Positions 42,561 through 56,948 of a stretch of DNA of 64,000 nt are shown piece by piece. The notes below the pieces were generated by a model. The model saw only the letters and a list, made by a program, of their open reading frames with translations. It made no database searches and was not told the DNA's origin. The translations under genes were made by a program, and so were the position numbers. Location of the stretch: NCBI GenBank assembly GCA_010015585.1, contig ML975163.1; one strand, 5' to 3'. Each line of letters opens with the position of its first letter. The stretch's first letter is position 1. Source of the stretch: Eremomyces bilateralis CBS 781.70. Lineage: Eukaryota.

Positions 42561-42629
42561 TTTAAGCATCAGTATTCCGTACTGTAAACCAAGCGCATGC
42601 GTGAAATGCTTCTTTGGATCTCTTCAACC

Positions 42630-45600
42630 TTATCTAGACGCTACCTTCCAGCTGTGCGTCGAGAATTGCAGCTCTCCTGTCTCACGAGCGGCCTCTGGGT
42701 CCAGGAATAGCCTCCACCCAATTCTTCGGGATGAAATGCCAAAAACTCGGCAGAGAACATACACTTCGGGCGTGTCCGAAAGGAGGGAGCTATGCGCCCT
42801 TTGCATCTACGGGGCGCAACATGTTAGAAGTATTCCGTCAGCTTGAGTGCCAGCTTACCAGATTGTATTGCCCGCTTTTCATAAAAAAGGGTTCCGAGCA
42901 ATCTTTCGTAGTCGTCTTGACTTCAAGAAGAAACTTTGTAGACGGCTTTGACGGACAGTCATATCCCGCATTAACCAATAACTCCCTCAGCCTTCCAGAG
43001 CTGTCCTCGTATACAAGATCGGCTGTTTCAGTGCCTTTCCATGGTTCTAGAGTCGTATGGCTCGGATGCACACGTATGTATTTCCGGATGGTGCTCGGCC
43101 AGTTAAGCTTACCGAAATCTTGGAGGCGGCTGCAAAGAAATTCAAAGACCTAGACCCGCTGTCAGCGCATCAGAAGCGGATCCAAAACTTCATTCTACTT
43201 ACAAATAGCTCTCCAGCTGCTCCGATCATGTTATCACGATCCAACAAGCGGGGCCCAAAGACGGCCTCGGTGTTCAGATTGGTCCACAATGCCGTTGGGT
43301 CCGCAGGCTCAGAGAAAACTGACTCGCCGATATTGGGTAGAGCTGTTCTCGCCGCGGCCTCTACTATGTGTTTGAGGAGTTCAGTGTAAGGCGCCATTTG
43401 AGAGGTCGAGTCTCTGTCCGGTATTTCAGGAGATATGTGGATCCTATCCCTTTCAACTATTTCTTCGCTACTCGACGTACGGCTTAAGGCAGGTGCATCA
43501 TATGCATCGGAAGTAGATCTTAATCTGTCTCGGCTTGGGGATGCGGGTTGAGAAGGCGCGCTATTTGGTGCGGTATCAGAGACAGCTGGCATGAACACAC
43601 CCCCTTGAACAGAGGATGTTCGATGCTGGTTTGAGTCTGGTGAATTTTCCTCGCTGCCGTCATAGTCATCTTCGGCATCGTCATCGTCGTCGTCGTCTAC
43701 GTCGGGTTTGTCTAGGCCCTCGAGCTCGGCCACCCCGGCATTTGTAATTATTCTGTCAGCGACCGAGACGCAACTGGACTGGATAATGTCCCCGAGGACT
43801 TTCTCTGCTCTAGAGTTTCGGCAGAGGAGAAACCGAAAAATGCTGCTAGGAAGTTGCTGCTTGAAGCAAACCTCTTGATCACTTCTGCGCCTAGGGACGT
43901 AGAGGTCCAATCGCCCGTTTCTATGTTCGAGGTGGAATTTCGCGCTCGGTAGAGGGACCCGGTGTGTTATGTCGTACTGAGTCAATGTAATTGACGTTGA
44001 AATGCCGCCACTGGTATAAATTGACGTGGATCGAAAGAGGTCGTAGAGACCTGTCTCGTCGCTCCCGAACTTCGCGCTGCCAAAGTGCAGAGCACAGCTG
44101 TCGCCTATTAGCTGAGACATATAGCTGGTCTAGGCGGAGCTCACCAGGTCATAAAGTATGCCTTCTCATTGAAAGAACCTGTCAGTCGTACACTGCGACA
44201 GCCTCCCTCCGCGGTCGTGCTCTCGTCCACGCAGGCTGAGCTATACCGTCCGCTCAATCCGGCTGCATCAAGGAATGCGCCGGCCTTCTGAATTTCCGCA
44301 AGAGAAAAATCCAACTTATTCAGTCTGTCTTCAAATGCAGATATATGCTCCTTACGATCCAGAATGAAAAAACCTGCATCTTTGTCCGCAAGTCTCATTT
44401 GCTTATCTTTTGTAAGGACCGGAAATACTTGTGCTCGGCCGAATTTGTCCAGGTCATCTTTGGTAGGATCCATTAACGAAATCTGGATAATACTCCTTTT
44501 GATGTCTGCGTATCTGGATAGATCTCCGCCAAGCGCCTTCAGCGCATCAATATGCATCTGCAAATCAGGCTTTTGGACCTTTAGGATTCCTAGAAAGAAG
44601 TCTTTCAGTTCCGGATACTGTGCAGCAATAGAAACTTTGTCCGGAATCTGCAAGGTTGCGTCCGCCCAGATAGCATCGCTAGCGGACAGCCACGATCCGC
44701 TTGGACAGTTGAAGATCATCTTCTCCTTTTCAAAGGCAGCCCTAGGCGTGTCAGTTTTTTCAACAGATTTTGTCAAGGTGATCGATATGATATACTTGAT
44801 TGAAGGCGCGCCATTTGAATCATGTTCAACTTGTCGCCAAATATAATGATAGATGGCCTTGATTTCGACAACTGCTGCGACCCCCTTCCCGCAACTCCTC
44901 CATTGAAGCTCCTTCAGGGCATCTTCAAGACATATATCTCTTATTTTTAACGTCACTCGGAAAAAGTCTTGTAAGCCGGTATATTCTGGGACACTTTTGA
45001 GAACGGAGGCATAAGTCTCCCATGACGGGCCGTCCCAGATACAGGAGTCATGGGATTGCCATTTGGAAACCGATAATTTCATGTTAAAGGCCTGCCGAAA
45101 GTATATCCCTTCATTTTCCCGTAGCCACTTTCTATAATGGATGAGCCAAATATTAGCATGGAAGAGAGAGAACAGACCGAATAGATTCCAGCTCAGTAGT
45201 ACTGTTGCAGCATGAGGATAATGCTTGATATACGGTGCAAGCTGATGCAGCTGTGCCAGGACCTTCTGTCTGGGCTTTAACTTCCAGGAGGCATTGTTGA
45301 TAGAATTGTCTGGTTGAAGTGACCACTACTCCCACATGTCGCAAGAACGTCCAGTCATCTTGGTTCAACAAATCCAATTTCTGAGGAAGCTGCAGAAATG
45401 GGAAGTCGGAGATTTGCAGCTTTTCGGCGAATTCGATCATCTCCGGGGTCGGTAGATACGCCTTCCGAAGTTCGGTGAAGCCTTTCTGCGTAAGTACGTC
45501 GATCTGGCGAAGACTTTTTCGAGCGGCGAAGAACATCTTATCATCGAGTCCGCTCGCTCGCCAACTGCGCTTCAGGAACCCAACGAATTTGTCTGGCTGG

Positions 45601-48115
45601 CGTTGCCGCACATATTCTGCTTCGACAGAGAGCGACGTTCCAGTATCGTCGAGCAGCGGTATGCTCGATCTCACGCCGGCCCAAACTTGGAGCCAGGACC
45701 GGAAGGTATTTCCGTCGTTTCGCTCGTGCTCCCCCGCTGCCGAGAAGTACGCGTCATCGAGAAATTCGGCTTTCAGCTCTGTATGGTTCCTGAGACGCAC
45801 AGGCTCATCTTTGTCGTCCCGAAGCAAGCTTGAAGGGCCGTATTCATCTTGGTCTCGTGGGTTTCGAAAGTATAGGTTCGACTTTTCGGTTCCACACAAC
45901 CGTACCAGGGAGCTATTTCCAAACAGGCCAATGTCATGGTTCGCAATAGAGTCCTCCGGTGGAGATTTTTGAAAAAGATAGCCAATATGAGAAACAGCGT
46001 CGGCGAGTTCAATTTGTCTGCCGAAAGGACTCTTCAACCAATACTCTCGGTATCTATCATCAATCTTCTGGATCACCAAACTCGGAGTGCAAGGCTGGAC
46101 ACCAAGTTTTTCGAACAGCTCTTGTCGAGCTATGTTCTGAGTCATTGAGTTTGGAACCAGGCAGAGACCTAGGTCATTTGGAATTGGAACTCCGTCAGTG
46201 CGATCGAAGTAGACAGAGCTGTCAACGTCATCTGCAGCAATCCAGCGGTTGCTCGTAAGGGGTATTAGCTTAAGCTGCCTTATTTTACGCTGTATCCCTG
46301 GTGCGAATTTTTTCAGAAATTCTTTCAAGGCCACTGATGCTCTGGACTGCCATTCATCTGACGTAGTACTACTCTTCCACAGCGAATCCTGCTCTTGAAG
46401 ATCGGCCGATACTCGATCTAAAAACTCAGTAATGTTCTCGGTTTTGAGGCCGAGAACTTCATAAAGCCGGCCCAATGGATTCCCTTCATACGCCTTAGAA
46501 ATGTATATTTCAGGGAGTATATCGCGGAATAACGGGTTGCCAAATTTATCGACGCTGTCGCTTCCGGGTTTACGGAGACTCGTTGGTAGAAATAAGTCAT
46601 TGTTACTCCGCGAGAACAGTATTCTGGTAGATTTGAGGGTTTCGACAATGCGATCTTTTGCAATGGACCAGAAGTCGCTGGGAACGGCATCATAGGGAAG
46701 CCAAAGAGGCCAGCTATACCGCAAAGTCTTGTGACGGCAAAATTCAAGAACAGCGACTGCGAAAAGACTACCAATTTCAGTCAGAAGCGCCTTGTTCCTT
46801 TCGGAGTGGTCTACGTCCTCTCTGTTGATTGATGTGACAAAGTCTGATTGAATGAGGAACTGTATAAGGAAAATATTAGCGATGATCGCAGACATATTAT
46901 GATTCTTGAGAAGAGTATGGATCGCGAAGATTCCACGGCTTTCCATTTTCACAGAGACTTCGGCATGTTCAGAAGACAATATTTTGGTTTTTATTACATG
47001 CTTAAGGAAACGAGGATATGGAACCCAACTAGAATGAAACACTCACATTGAAGTTGGCTTTGCGTAGAGGGAGATAAGCGTACGTCATTTGAGGTACCAC
47101 AATCGGCTCATCTTTGGCAGTGACCGGAAACGCCAATGCCACCGGAGCAGATCTTGTTTTCCGAAGCTGGTGTTCTGGCAGACCGCTCACGTCCTTCTCG
47201 AAAACGCGAAAGTACGATATTGATATCTCTGGGTCGTCGCAATTTCGCTGAACTTGCTTTTTAATCTGCCCTCTTTCATCGTTCAGTCCCCCTTTGTTGT
47301 AAGTATAGCTGGTTGTCGTGATGCTATCGCTATCAAGATGGTCATTGACTTTGAGCTGCTTTAGCTTGTTGAAAAACAGCATCATAGTGCCCTGGAGGTC
47401 GAACAAGTCTTTTACTGACTCTTTGATGCTCGCGGGGTTCGTTAGAGTTAAAACCATCCGCGTTCGAACAGAAGGTGGTAAAGGGAGAAAGTCCTCGTCC
47501 ATGGGAGTAATCATCCCCATGGAGTCCCTGAGGTCCACGCTTGGTCGCTTGAATGAGAAGGAAAGATTGACAGATTGAATGTGGACCCTGCTAGCAACTC
47601 TAAACACGGATTTGAAGCCGATGCCCTTCTCCCCGATATAACCGCGACGTTCTTTCTGTTGCTGTCCAGCCTTTGTACTTTTGTTGATATCGCAGATGGC
47701 TCTCACGTCCTCTTCTGTGAAACCATCTTCGTTCGAATCGACGATGACATGTTTTGGGAGTATGTCGAAGGAGAGAAAAGGGGTCTCGCCCTTACTTAAA
47801 GCGACGTCGAACTTGGTGTCTTCTGCATTCTGGATGAGCTCATAGATGAAACGAGTATCCTCCGAGTTGAGGTTGTCGGTCAAGCTGCGAATCGTAGCGT
47901 CAGAATGACATTATTACAGCACCTATCCGTGCTTACCTGCTCAGAGAAGCACCCAGCTGTCCGCGGAGCCCGGAAATAATTCCCAGCAATTCAGATTCAT
48001 CGTCCTTCTCCAGTAAATGGAGTTTCTCTGTCAGCTTTTGACTCATTCCTCCATTCTTTCTGCGCATCTCTGCGACCACCTCCCTACCGCGCTCTTTCGA
48101 AATCGGTATAGTCAT
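42630..48115 (-). CDS. Sacsin/NO VEIN-like protein 1: N-terminal GHKL ATPase, C-terminal PD-(D/E)xK (DUF3883-like) nuclease; multi-exon, appears intact
   Basis: RFIYELIQNAEDT, NEDGFTEEDVRAIC, IGEKGIGFKSVF, FLIQSDFVTSINRED; C-terminal IGAAGELFV...ETADLVYED...LLEVKTTT...PFFMKSGQY. Confidence 0.85.
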
Positions 48116-50599
48116 TTTCAACGCTTAGAGGGCCGGTCACTGAGGTACCTAAAACAATGAGGCAAGAACGAAATATGGAGACGAAAGGGGATTTACGAAT
48201 CATTGTAGGTTCTAACTGGCGTCCGACTTTTTATCTAGGTGTTAGCTCTACCGTGATCCCAGAATTCGGTACCTTGCGCTGCAGAATTGCGGCACAGCAG
48301 TGCGGCAAACCTAGAATCTTCATTCGCATCTCAAACGTTGGCTGCAGCGCGAACATGTACTCCTAACAGGGGTCGGAGAAGAAATAACACAATAAAAACG
48401 GGACGCGTAGCGCTGGGAGTTGACAAGGGAAGAGACTCGAGACGATACGTCTTCGAAGGAATATCAGCAAGCAAACTTAGATACCTGTAGCTCAAGATCG
48501 GATGAATTGACATACCGGTACGTCCGGTAGTTACCTTGCCGTAAAAGACATCGCATCCATCTCCTCGGACATTAAGAGGGTTGTCACCGAAACTCAGTGA
48601 GTTTGATGAAAGAGGAAGGTCCACCTCGACTTCCCACAAAAAACACGGGAAGCTGGGACCCACACACGGGCCGTTCCCTGACAGGTACAGAGCTTAAACA
48701 GTTTTCGTCTCAGATCCACAAACAGCAATAACACCAACCAAGCACCAACATCACAACGACGGGACTGCACCTCATCGTGGTGTTTGGGTCTAGTAGCCTC
48801 TCGAAGGGTGAAGCTAAGACAGTCTCAACGATCGATCACGACATTGAAATACAGCCTATCTACACCCGGTTACCGAAATACTCTTCCCCTAAGCGAGGAC
48901 TGTTGTCCGCTCGAAAAGAACCACGAACCACGGCTATCGTAGCCCACGGACAAGCACGAAATCGATCACAAAGATATGGCTGTGGAGGAAAGGGGATACC
49001 GACCACCGACATATAGTGGCGTAACCGACAGAGACAGGGGTTTCACGGAGTATAGTTCTCGATCGTGACCTCCCCGTCGCGCCTCTATGCCTAGGGAAAC
49101 GAGCTCGTTGGATGAAAGGTTTTAGATCGTTTTTAACGCTTAGTCAGGACCTACCGCAAGTAGGAGATCTCCTAGTTAAAGTGTTTCCCCCCTGTGAGTC
49201 TCACGAGACCCAGACGGTCTGGGGCCGGCGGAATCGCCACGACGAGATGTTTTTTCAGCTCCCAAGGATGGCACGTATGGAACTCAGCTTGGTGAACGGT
49301 AGTAGGGATGTATATCGCGTAGTATATGTGCTTGTGCAACGTTTTAGTACTGTATACGAGGATAGACTGCTGCCATAGCCTCTGGCTGAGCACCCAGCAG
49401 TCGGAGCTAGTGCTCCCATCGGCCTTCGCTAAGTAGGATCTAGAATATGTATTCAGGGGAATGATACAGGAGTAACGAGGCAGAGTCTAATTCAGGGGTA
49501 ATGGGTCGGGGAATGATACAGAAGCAATCGGTTGGGGAGTTGTACGACCATAAGAGAGATAGAGAAATGATTGGAGATGTCAAATTCCATTTTATCAAGC
49601 ACCAGGAGGAGCCAAGGATTCGTAATTGACCTGGGACCGTGACACTTCATTCCAGGTCGATCGATTTTGCATCTAACGTATCGACCTGGAGAAAGTGCCG
49701 CAGAAAGCTGAGGATTGAGCCTCAGGTTTGTGAGGGTTTGGCTCTGGACAACGGAAATATTTTGATCTGTACAGGTTTCAGTAGCACTTAGTAACACTTC
49801 ACTTAATATCTCCGGAGGGAAACAAAATATTTAATCAACAAGATCTTCTAGAATCCTATTAATTGTACCAGAAAGTGAGATAACTACTTCAATAGTTAAT
49901 GTTATATTCACTTCGCAGCTTCGCAGGTGTCGTGACAATGCACGAATTCGACAGGGGGTTTATCTTGGCCCAAGTGGGCCGCAGGTGCTCCCTGGCCTAA
50001 TACTGTATGATCTCGTAATTAGCGGACAGCTCCGATGCGCTAAATCCTGTGGAATTAGCCCATCTGGTCATCAGATGCAGCGTCTCTTCTCGGCCGCAGG
50101 GCTGAACCACCGTTTTGTGAATTTTGGCTCTCTGTTAAACCAAATTTGACCTTATTATTGCGAACTGGGTCGGTGAAGGATTGCTAAGGAGGTCATGGGA
50201 GTAGGTGAAAACACTGCCAAAATGGATCTCATCGACCACATGGAGCGTATTCATTGCGCTGCCATGCTTCGGGTTGTTTCGCGGCTGGGAGCTGAGTTGC
50301 GCATGTCGTGACTGTGGAAGTTCCTGTCGAATGGTGGTTTCGTCCTCAGATACTGCTGGCATTGTCCAGCAGGCGACTGGTCTGAAACTATTTAACCAAC
50401 CTCAAGGACGACATCTCTCTTCATCTGCGCTGCACTTCCCGAGCAGCCAAACAGTTCCTAGTAGGCTAGTACGAAGATAGCCAAGCACAGGCAGACACAC
50501 TGCACCATCAAATTCAACCTCTTTTCACTATACCCATCTTCTATCTCTCGTAAATTAGACATGCCAACTACCGTCCGACTACCCAGGTGATTGGTCGGC

Positions 50600-51363
50600 G
50601 TCGATGGATTAAGAATAATTCTTCCAGGCGCAACCAGCACAAGCAGAATAGGATGATCCAGCTACACATCGACTTCAACGGCAAGAACGGTGTGCTCAAG
50701 GCACCTCGCGAGGGAATCAAACTTGTCGCTGCCGAACCAGAATTCGGCCGCATCAATCTTACCGAAGAGCCGTATCGCAGTGTTTTCAGCGATTCCACTC
50801 ATTTGGAGTCGGAAACGCTTGACGTCCAGTATACCGATCCGATTGCCGTGGAAGCAATGGGGCGCACCCGTCGATGGCGATTGCTCCACCACCTCTCCAA
50901 GACGAAGGTCAAGGTCCTCGTTCGTCCCAGGGGCACCAAGCACGGAAGGTGGACTTGGCCACATTGATGATCCTGTCCGTCGCCCTGCGAGGGTCAAGAC
51001 GAGCTGGTGGCCGAGCTCCTCGGTCTCTCCCATCTAGAGGTCCTTAATACCATGGCAAAGAAGTTCTGTAGGCTCCCATTCTTGGATTCCAGCATGATAC
51101 ACAAGCTGGCCCACGTGACGGCCCACAACATCAATATATTCCGTCGCAGAAGCACATCCATGACGCGCAAACCTGCCATGACCCGACAGGTGGTAAATAT
51201 CATTGCCTCGCTCCTAGAGCTAGCCGGCAACGATGATAAACCCAAGAAGACCGAGCGACTCCACCCTTCTCGCCGAACACAACATAAAAGACAAGGGCGT
51301 TCAAGTCGTACGATCCGTAGAGAGAAGCATTATGGAAGGAGCGAGGTGGTCATGAAGGATTGA
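50600..51363 (+). pseudogene. Frameshifted coding-like remnant, function unknown
   Basis: Overlapping ORFs in different frames with coding-like codon usage (HIDFNGKNGVLKAPREGIKLV...DPIAVEAMG). No family recognised. Confidence 0.35.
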
Positions 51364-51691
51364 GGAGAAGGAAAGAACTAGGATTGCGACTACAGTGCGG
51401 ATGAGACTGGTATGGCACAACGGCCGGACTCGGATTGATGAAAGGCTGAGAAGAAGAGGTATCAAGACTAGTCAGAGGACCAATTCAGACGAATTCGAGC
51501 AGCTCGATTCAATGCCGTTGTCATCAACTGCAACACAGGATTGAACGACCCTGTTCAAATTGATGTTGACCATATACATTACAACTTGAATGCCGGCAGA
51601 ACTAGCCAAAAGATGAATTATGATATACTACGATTGCTGAGCAACATCCTTCACAAACAAACCACGGACACGGCCTCAAATCTTCTTAAAA

Positions 51692-54600
51692 TTATGCTGC
51701 TTCCGTCACCTCATACTTATCCGATCTGAACCTCAGCCTGCCTTCACGCTCCAACCGGTTCGGGTCGAGATACAACTTCAGCCCCATATCCGACTGGCCA
51801 AGATTAAACACTCTCGCGAGGATGTATACTCTGTCCGAAGCCGATTCTATGGGTAGTGTGGTGTCTATCATGAGTTCGTACTGGTTGCGGCCAACGTAGA
51901 GTGGCGTGGTGAGGCGACATGTGGAGGCTTTCACCTCAATATGGTACTTTGGTTGCTTCCCTGCCCAGAGGTCAGACCGGAGATAGCCATTGGCGACCAG
52001 TAAGCCGGTGAATTTGCTCTTGTGGTCTTCATAAACGATGTCTGAAGTCTCAGGTAATGACCAATTCGTTAGCGCTCTATAATCACGATGTGACTAAACG
52101 AGATTTCGAATCCTAGACTGCCAACTCTCAAGGCCGAAGTTCGGTAATTGGAGACTCTTCAACCATTCGAACATCTACTCAAATTAGCAACACTCATAGG
52201 CCGAACGGCGGACTTACAAAGAGTTCTCCAGCTGCTCCAACCTTGAAGTCTCTCTGGGTACCAGCCACCGCCACATCGACCTCGAACTTTGAAAAGCAAG
52301 GCTCAAGAGATACAGCGGAAGTTTCACCAACACGCGGAAATGGCGGCCCGCGCCGAGCGCTGTCGACCGCCACCTCGAGAAGCATAGTGTAGCGAGTAGG
52401 ATCTTCTTGAGTATCTGGTGTACTGAAGACTGACGTCGGGGGAGTTAAGTTCGAACCTGGCGAAAGCCCAGAGCTCCTTTGAGAAATGAAGTGGCTGGAG
52501 CTTGTACTGGACGGGCGGAAGGCAAGTTGCGCCTGCTCCAGGAAAGTAGGTCGAGGCGGTATGACCGGCCCAATCTCTCCAGTATCATCTGGTAACTGGA
52601 ACGTTGGATCGCCGTCGTCTTCTTCCGGTTCAGACGAATCCAACTCTACATCTTCAGGCCGATTGACACAAGCCACGGAAATGACTCCAGCGTTTTCTAG
52701 AATTTCGTCAACGTCTGCAAGCCCGTGGGCTGAGAATATGCTGCCCAGTTCTCCAACATAACTGTTCGGGGCGCCGAAGTGATTGAGAATAGCTTGGGGC
52801 AGGTGAGTCAGAAGGCATCGATACCGAAGCCGGGGGTCCCTCGGGATGTATACTTTCAGGCCAGCTGAATTCTCAAGACCACCTCCTTCATTGCTTTCAA
52901 CATTGCTATCCTCGTTGTCTACGTCTTCCAGGTGGCAGTATGCCTTCCCAGAAACCATTGTGACTGGCCTGCCATCCTGGTAGGTAGTCAGTGTCTTTGA
53001 AAATTCTTCACTAATCAGGACAGTTATGTTCTGAAGCTTCTTGAAACATTCGGCTGGGTCATCGCGAGCCGTAGTGCATCTCGCATGAGCAGCGTACCTA
53101 GTTTAATCAGTATTGATCCAATGCTAGTAATAAACACTCACCGGCAAATCGCATATGCCTTTCTTCTTAACTTGGTGGTCATTGAGTGATCGATCGAGCT
53201 TCTGGATGCCGTCGTCTCAGCTGCGACTGTTCCGGAAAGGTATCGATTCCGGAGACCTAGCCCAATGAGAAAGGCCTCCATTTCGTGGACTTCCTCCTTG
53301 GAGAAATCCAACGTTTTGAGCTCTCCTCGGAAGAGAGTTTCGTATTCCTGTCGATCGACGATAGCGAAGTCCTCCTTGCCATTCATCCAAGCGAGTGTTC
53401 CATCGGGGAGGCGAACGGGGAAGCATTTGCTGTCGAAGACCATTGCTAGATCACCCGCAGTAGGACTGAACTGACAAATGTTCCTGATGAGTTGCTTTAT
53501 TGAATCGCTGCTTGGCGATTTGGATGCTTCCCGCTTTAGTGCTTGGATGTATAGAGGAAGCTTCGGCTCTTCAATCCCAAGGACCGTCAGGAAGAAAGGT
53601 TTCTGCGCGGAGTACTCCGTTGCAATAGAGAATTTCTCGGGCAGGCGCACAGTATCGTTGACCCAAACGCAAGTTGATGGACTATGCCACATCTGGTCCT
53701 GGAAGTTATAGATAAGCTTATCCGATTCGAAACGTGATCTAGCTGAATTAGCATAGGAATTAAGTGAGTAGAAGTGCGGTTAATTTACTTAATGGATTCC
53801 TTCCAAGCGTTGTCCCCTCGAATCTCCGAGTGGAGCTTATTATAGAGAAGTTTGAGGATTTGGTCTCTTCTTGCCACACGGTTTGGATTTTTCAAGTAGG
53901 AAATGTAACTCAAGTAATCGTCCACTCCCGGATCAGTCGGAACTGAAAGACCATCGACGAAGAATGTCTTAAGAGATTCGTATCCAGGTAGTCGAGCGAG
54001 GTTAGGATGATGCGTGTACCAAGTCGGAGTATTCCATCGGCAGAAACTCGGGTAGCACCATGTGTCTTCCCGAGTGAAGATATAATTCCTTTCGGAGGAA
54101 CACTCAAACAGCTCTCTAGTATTGGCCGGTAAGAAGAGGAAGCTGCATTGCATACCACCGAACATGGAGGGGCCTTCAATAGCACCGAAGATTGTTCTGT
54201 AACTGTTAGTTCTACTCCCAGACTGGGGCATTCATCAGGTACCTGAGAGTGGTTTTGTGACTTGGTGTCGAGCAGAAGCCTAGAAGTCTGGAGTATATCT
54301 CCGACATTACAATGTATCCCGGGTTTTTCTTTTCGCGAGCCTTCTTCAACAGTAGCAACCAGAAGCAAAAATCTTCTTCGTACTGCACTCCTAAGTGACG
54401 CAAGAAACTCCAGTCGGACACGCCGTCATCCTCCATTCCATCAAGCTCCTTGATGAATCCGAAACCGCTCTGAAGCTCCAGTCGATCAACGATAGCTTTC
54501 AATTTTGGGAGTGGAAGATAGGTTGAGCTCAATGGTGAGAGATCATCTGAATGGAGTATCGGAACTCGGGCGAGCTTCTGGAAATCTGCTTTCCATGGGA

Positions 54601-56948
54601 TGTCGAAGTCAACATGAGACCATTGCCGCTTGAGAACTCCGAGAACAATTGAATGAGCCTTTTGAGTTGCCAGGTATTTGAACTCTTCAGCAATCGCTGC
54701 GCCAGCTCTAATCCTGGGCTCTGGTATGGACTTGACCTGGATGAATTCTTCAAGCCACTCGATGCCAGACTTGTCATATCTTCGTTCGCAAGCTCCAAAC
54801 ACTTCATAGTAGCGTGGATGCAAAAATTGAATCTCTCCCTTTAGCTGCTTCGGAACTGGATGGCCGATGACATTGGCTGCGCTGCAAGGGTCTGTGCTGC
54901 TCGGGCTGTACCACCATCTGGTCGACAAATCAGGGACTTGTTTCAAAAGATCTTTGCTCACAACCATAAGAGAAATTCTCTGTCCCTGAGACGGTAGATC
55001 GGTATGGTTCCAGAATACAAACTTGAGATGGTCGAGAGCTGTGTCCATTGTCCAGTCATCCTTCCTGCAGGCCTGTTCTAGCAATGGAAATATTCGCTGG
55101 GGAGCACATTCCGACACTCCGAGTTCTCGAAACAGCTCTGTCCTTTCGTCGTTGATAAGCGCCCGTGAATCAACTAGACTCAGGGGAAGATCTCGCGGAA
55201 TATCGATCCCTCGGCATTTTGGGAAATAGATCGATGCATTAAATGATGGAACCCATCGCTCATCCTTGAGAAGTGGCACTAATGGCAGCTTCTTAATACC
55301 GATTGCAAGTTGTTCTGAAGTGGCCACTGCTCGAAGCAAGGACCTGGAGAGATATGTATGCCATCGTGATTCCGCTGGCGTCGTGCGCAGCCGAGAGTAG
55401 CCGTTGGGTTTCAAGTCACAACGCAAGAGCCCAATGAATTCTGCGGTGGACAACGTTTCGAGGCCGAGTTTTCGGAGGATCGGAATGTCAAGAGTGGCGT
55501 CGTACTTATCTGAGACGTAGCGACTGTGAAGGTGGGGTGTAGTACAGTCGCACTCGGACAGCAGAGGTCGGTTTTCAAAGTCTCTCAAAGAGGTCGGTAC
55601 AAGTCTCAATGATCTGGCGAGTGTGGTACCGCGGTCCCCCAATGGAATGAAACAACTGTGATCCATGAGCTGGGAGAACAGCCGACTTTGAAGGGTGCCC
55701 CAAAACTCATCGGGCACCCCATTCGTTGCCAGATAGCGGAGCCATGAATATTTCAAGGTTGGTTGATCCAAAAATCCAGAGGTAGTAGTCTCCAAGAAAA
55801 GATTGACAATTTCGTCCAGAATACGTCGGTTCCAAGGGCAATTGGAAACATCTTCACGGCTCGCCTGAGTTATGAAGTCAGATTGGATAAGAAACTAGTC
55901 AGGTCAGCGTCGGCAGTTTTTGTCAAGAGAGTCTAGAGGATACCTTGAAACCAACTTTCCGGAGAGGAAGAAAGGCGAATACATGCTGCTCCTCAACAGT
56001 TGGAACGTCGTCCTGATTGAGAGGAAAGGCCAAAAACACATCTGCTGTCGTGATACCTGTTCTTGCTTCTTCCTCGGGCATATTAGTGATTGATTTGCTC
56101 GCGATCCAGTAGTTGAGATTGACAGTGTCATGTTTGATGGTTCGAGCGATACAAGCTCTATTATTCTCGATCGACAATTCGTACACCTTGCTGACAATCT
56201 TCTCGTGTCTTTCGATGCGAATTGAAAGCTTTTTTAATTTCCGTAGAAATAGTAGAAGGGTGTCCGGAAGAGCCTCAAACTCGCGAAGCAGGGCGTCCTT
56301 ATCGACCCTATCATTCAGGTGAAGAATGATGCGGGTCCGAACACCCAACAACTCATCGGGAGGTTCCACGAGAGGTGTGACCATTCCAAGTCCAGAATCC
56401 GGTAATCCACGATTGTACTCGAATGCAAACGAATATGGTTCCGACTGAACGTGAACTTTGCAGGCAACTTTGAAGACAGATTTGAATCCAATACCTTTCT
56501 CGCCAACATAGCCTTCGATTCCCGACTTGGTGCTTTCTCCTACCCTGCAGATTGCCCGGGTATTGGCCTCGGAGAATCCATCCTCATTGGAGTCGATTAT
56601 AATACGCTTGGCTGAAACAGTGAATGAGAGATGAGGACGCTCCTTGTTTCCATTAGCGATGGAGTACTTATTGTCTTCCGCGTTCTGGATCAATTCGTAC
56701 ACGAAGCGGGTATCCTTCGAGTACAAATTACGGGACAGTCTGGGGAAGTCAGTCAAAAGCATTTAAAGAGAATAGAGTACCTACGCCTCTGTGCTTGCAC
56801 AAGCCAGCCGTCGAGCTCCGTCGACGCTTTTGATGATATGCGGGCGATTCACTCGAAGATATTCGCGATCCTCGGCTGAAAGCCAACCATTCTCGGTCGC
56901 CAGTTCCTGGATCAGAGCCTTCGCTTCTTCCCTGCTTGTGCTAGTCAT
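51692..56948 (-). pseudogene. Sacsin/NO VEIN-like protein 2 with an in-frame TAG just before the nuclease motif
   Basis: LYSKDTRFVYELIQNAEDNKY, VGEKGIGFKSVF, VGAAGELF...WQSRIRNLV*SHRDY...ETSDIVYED...YHIEVKAST; stop at 52094-52096. Confidence 0.8.
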
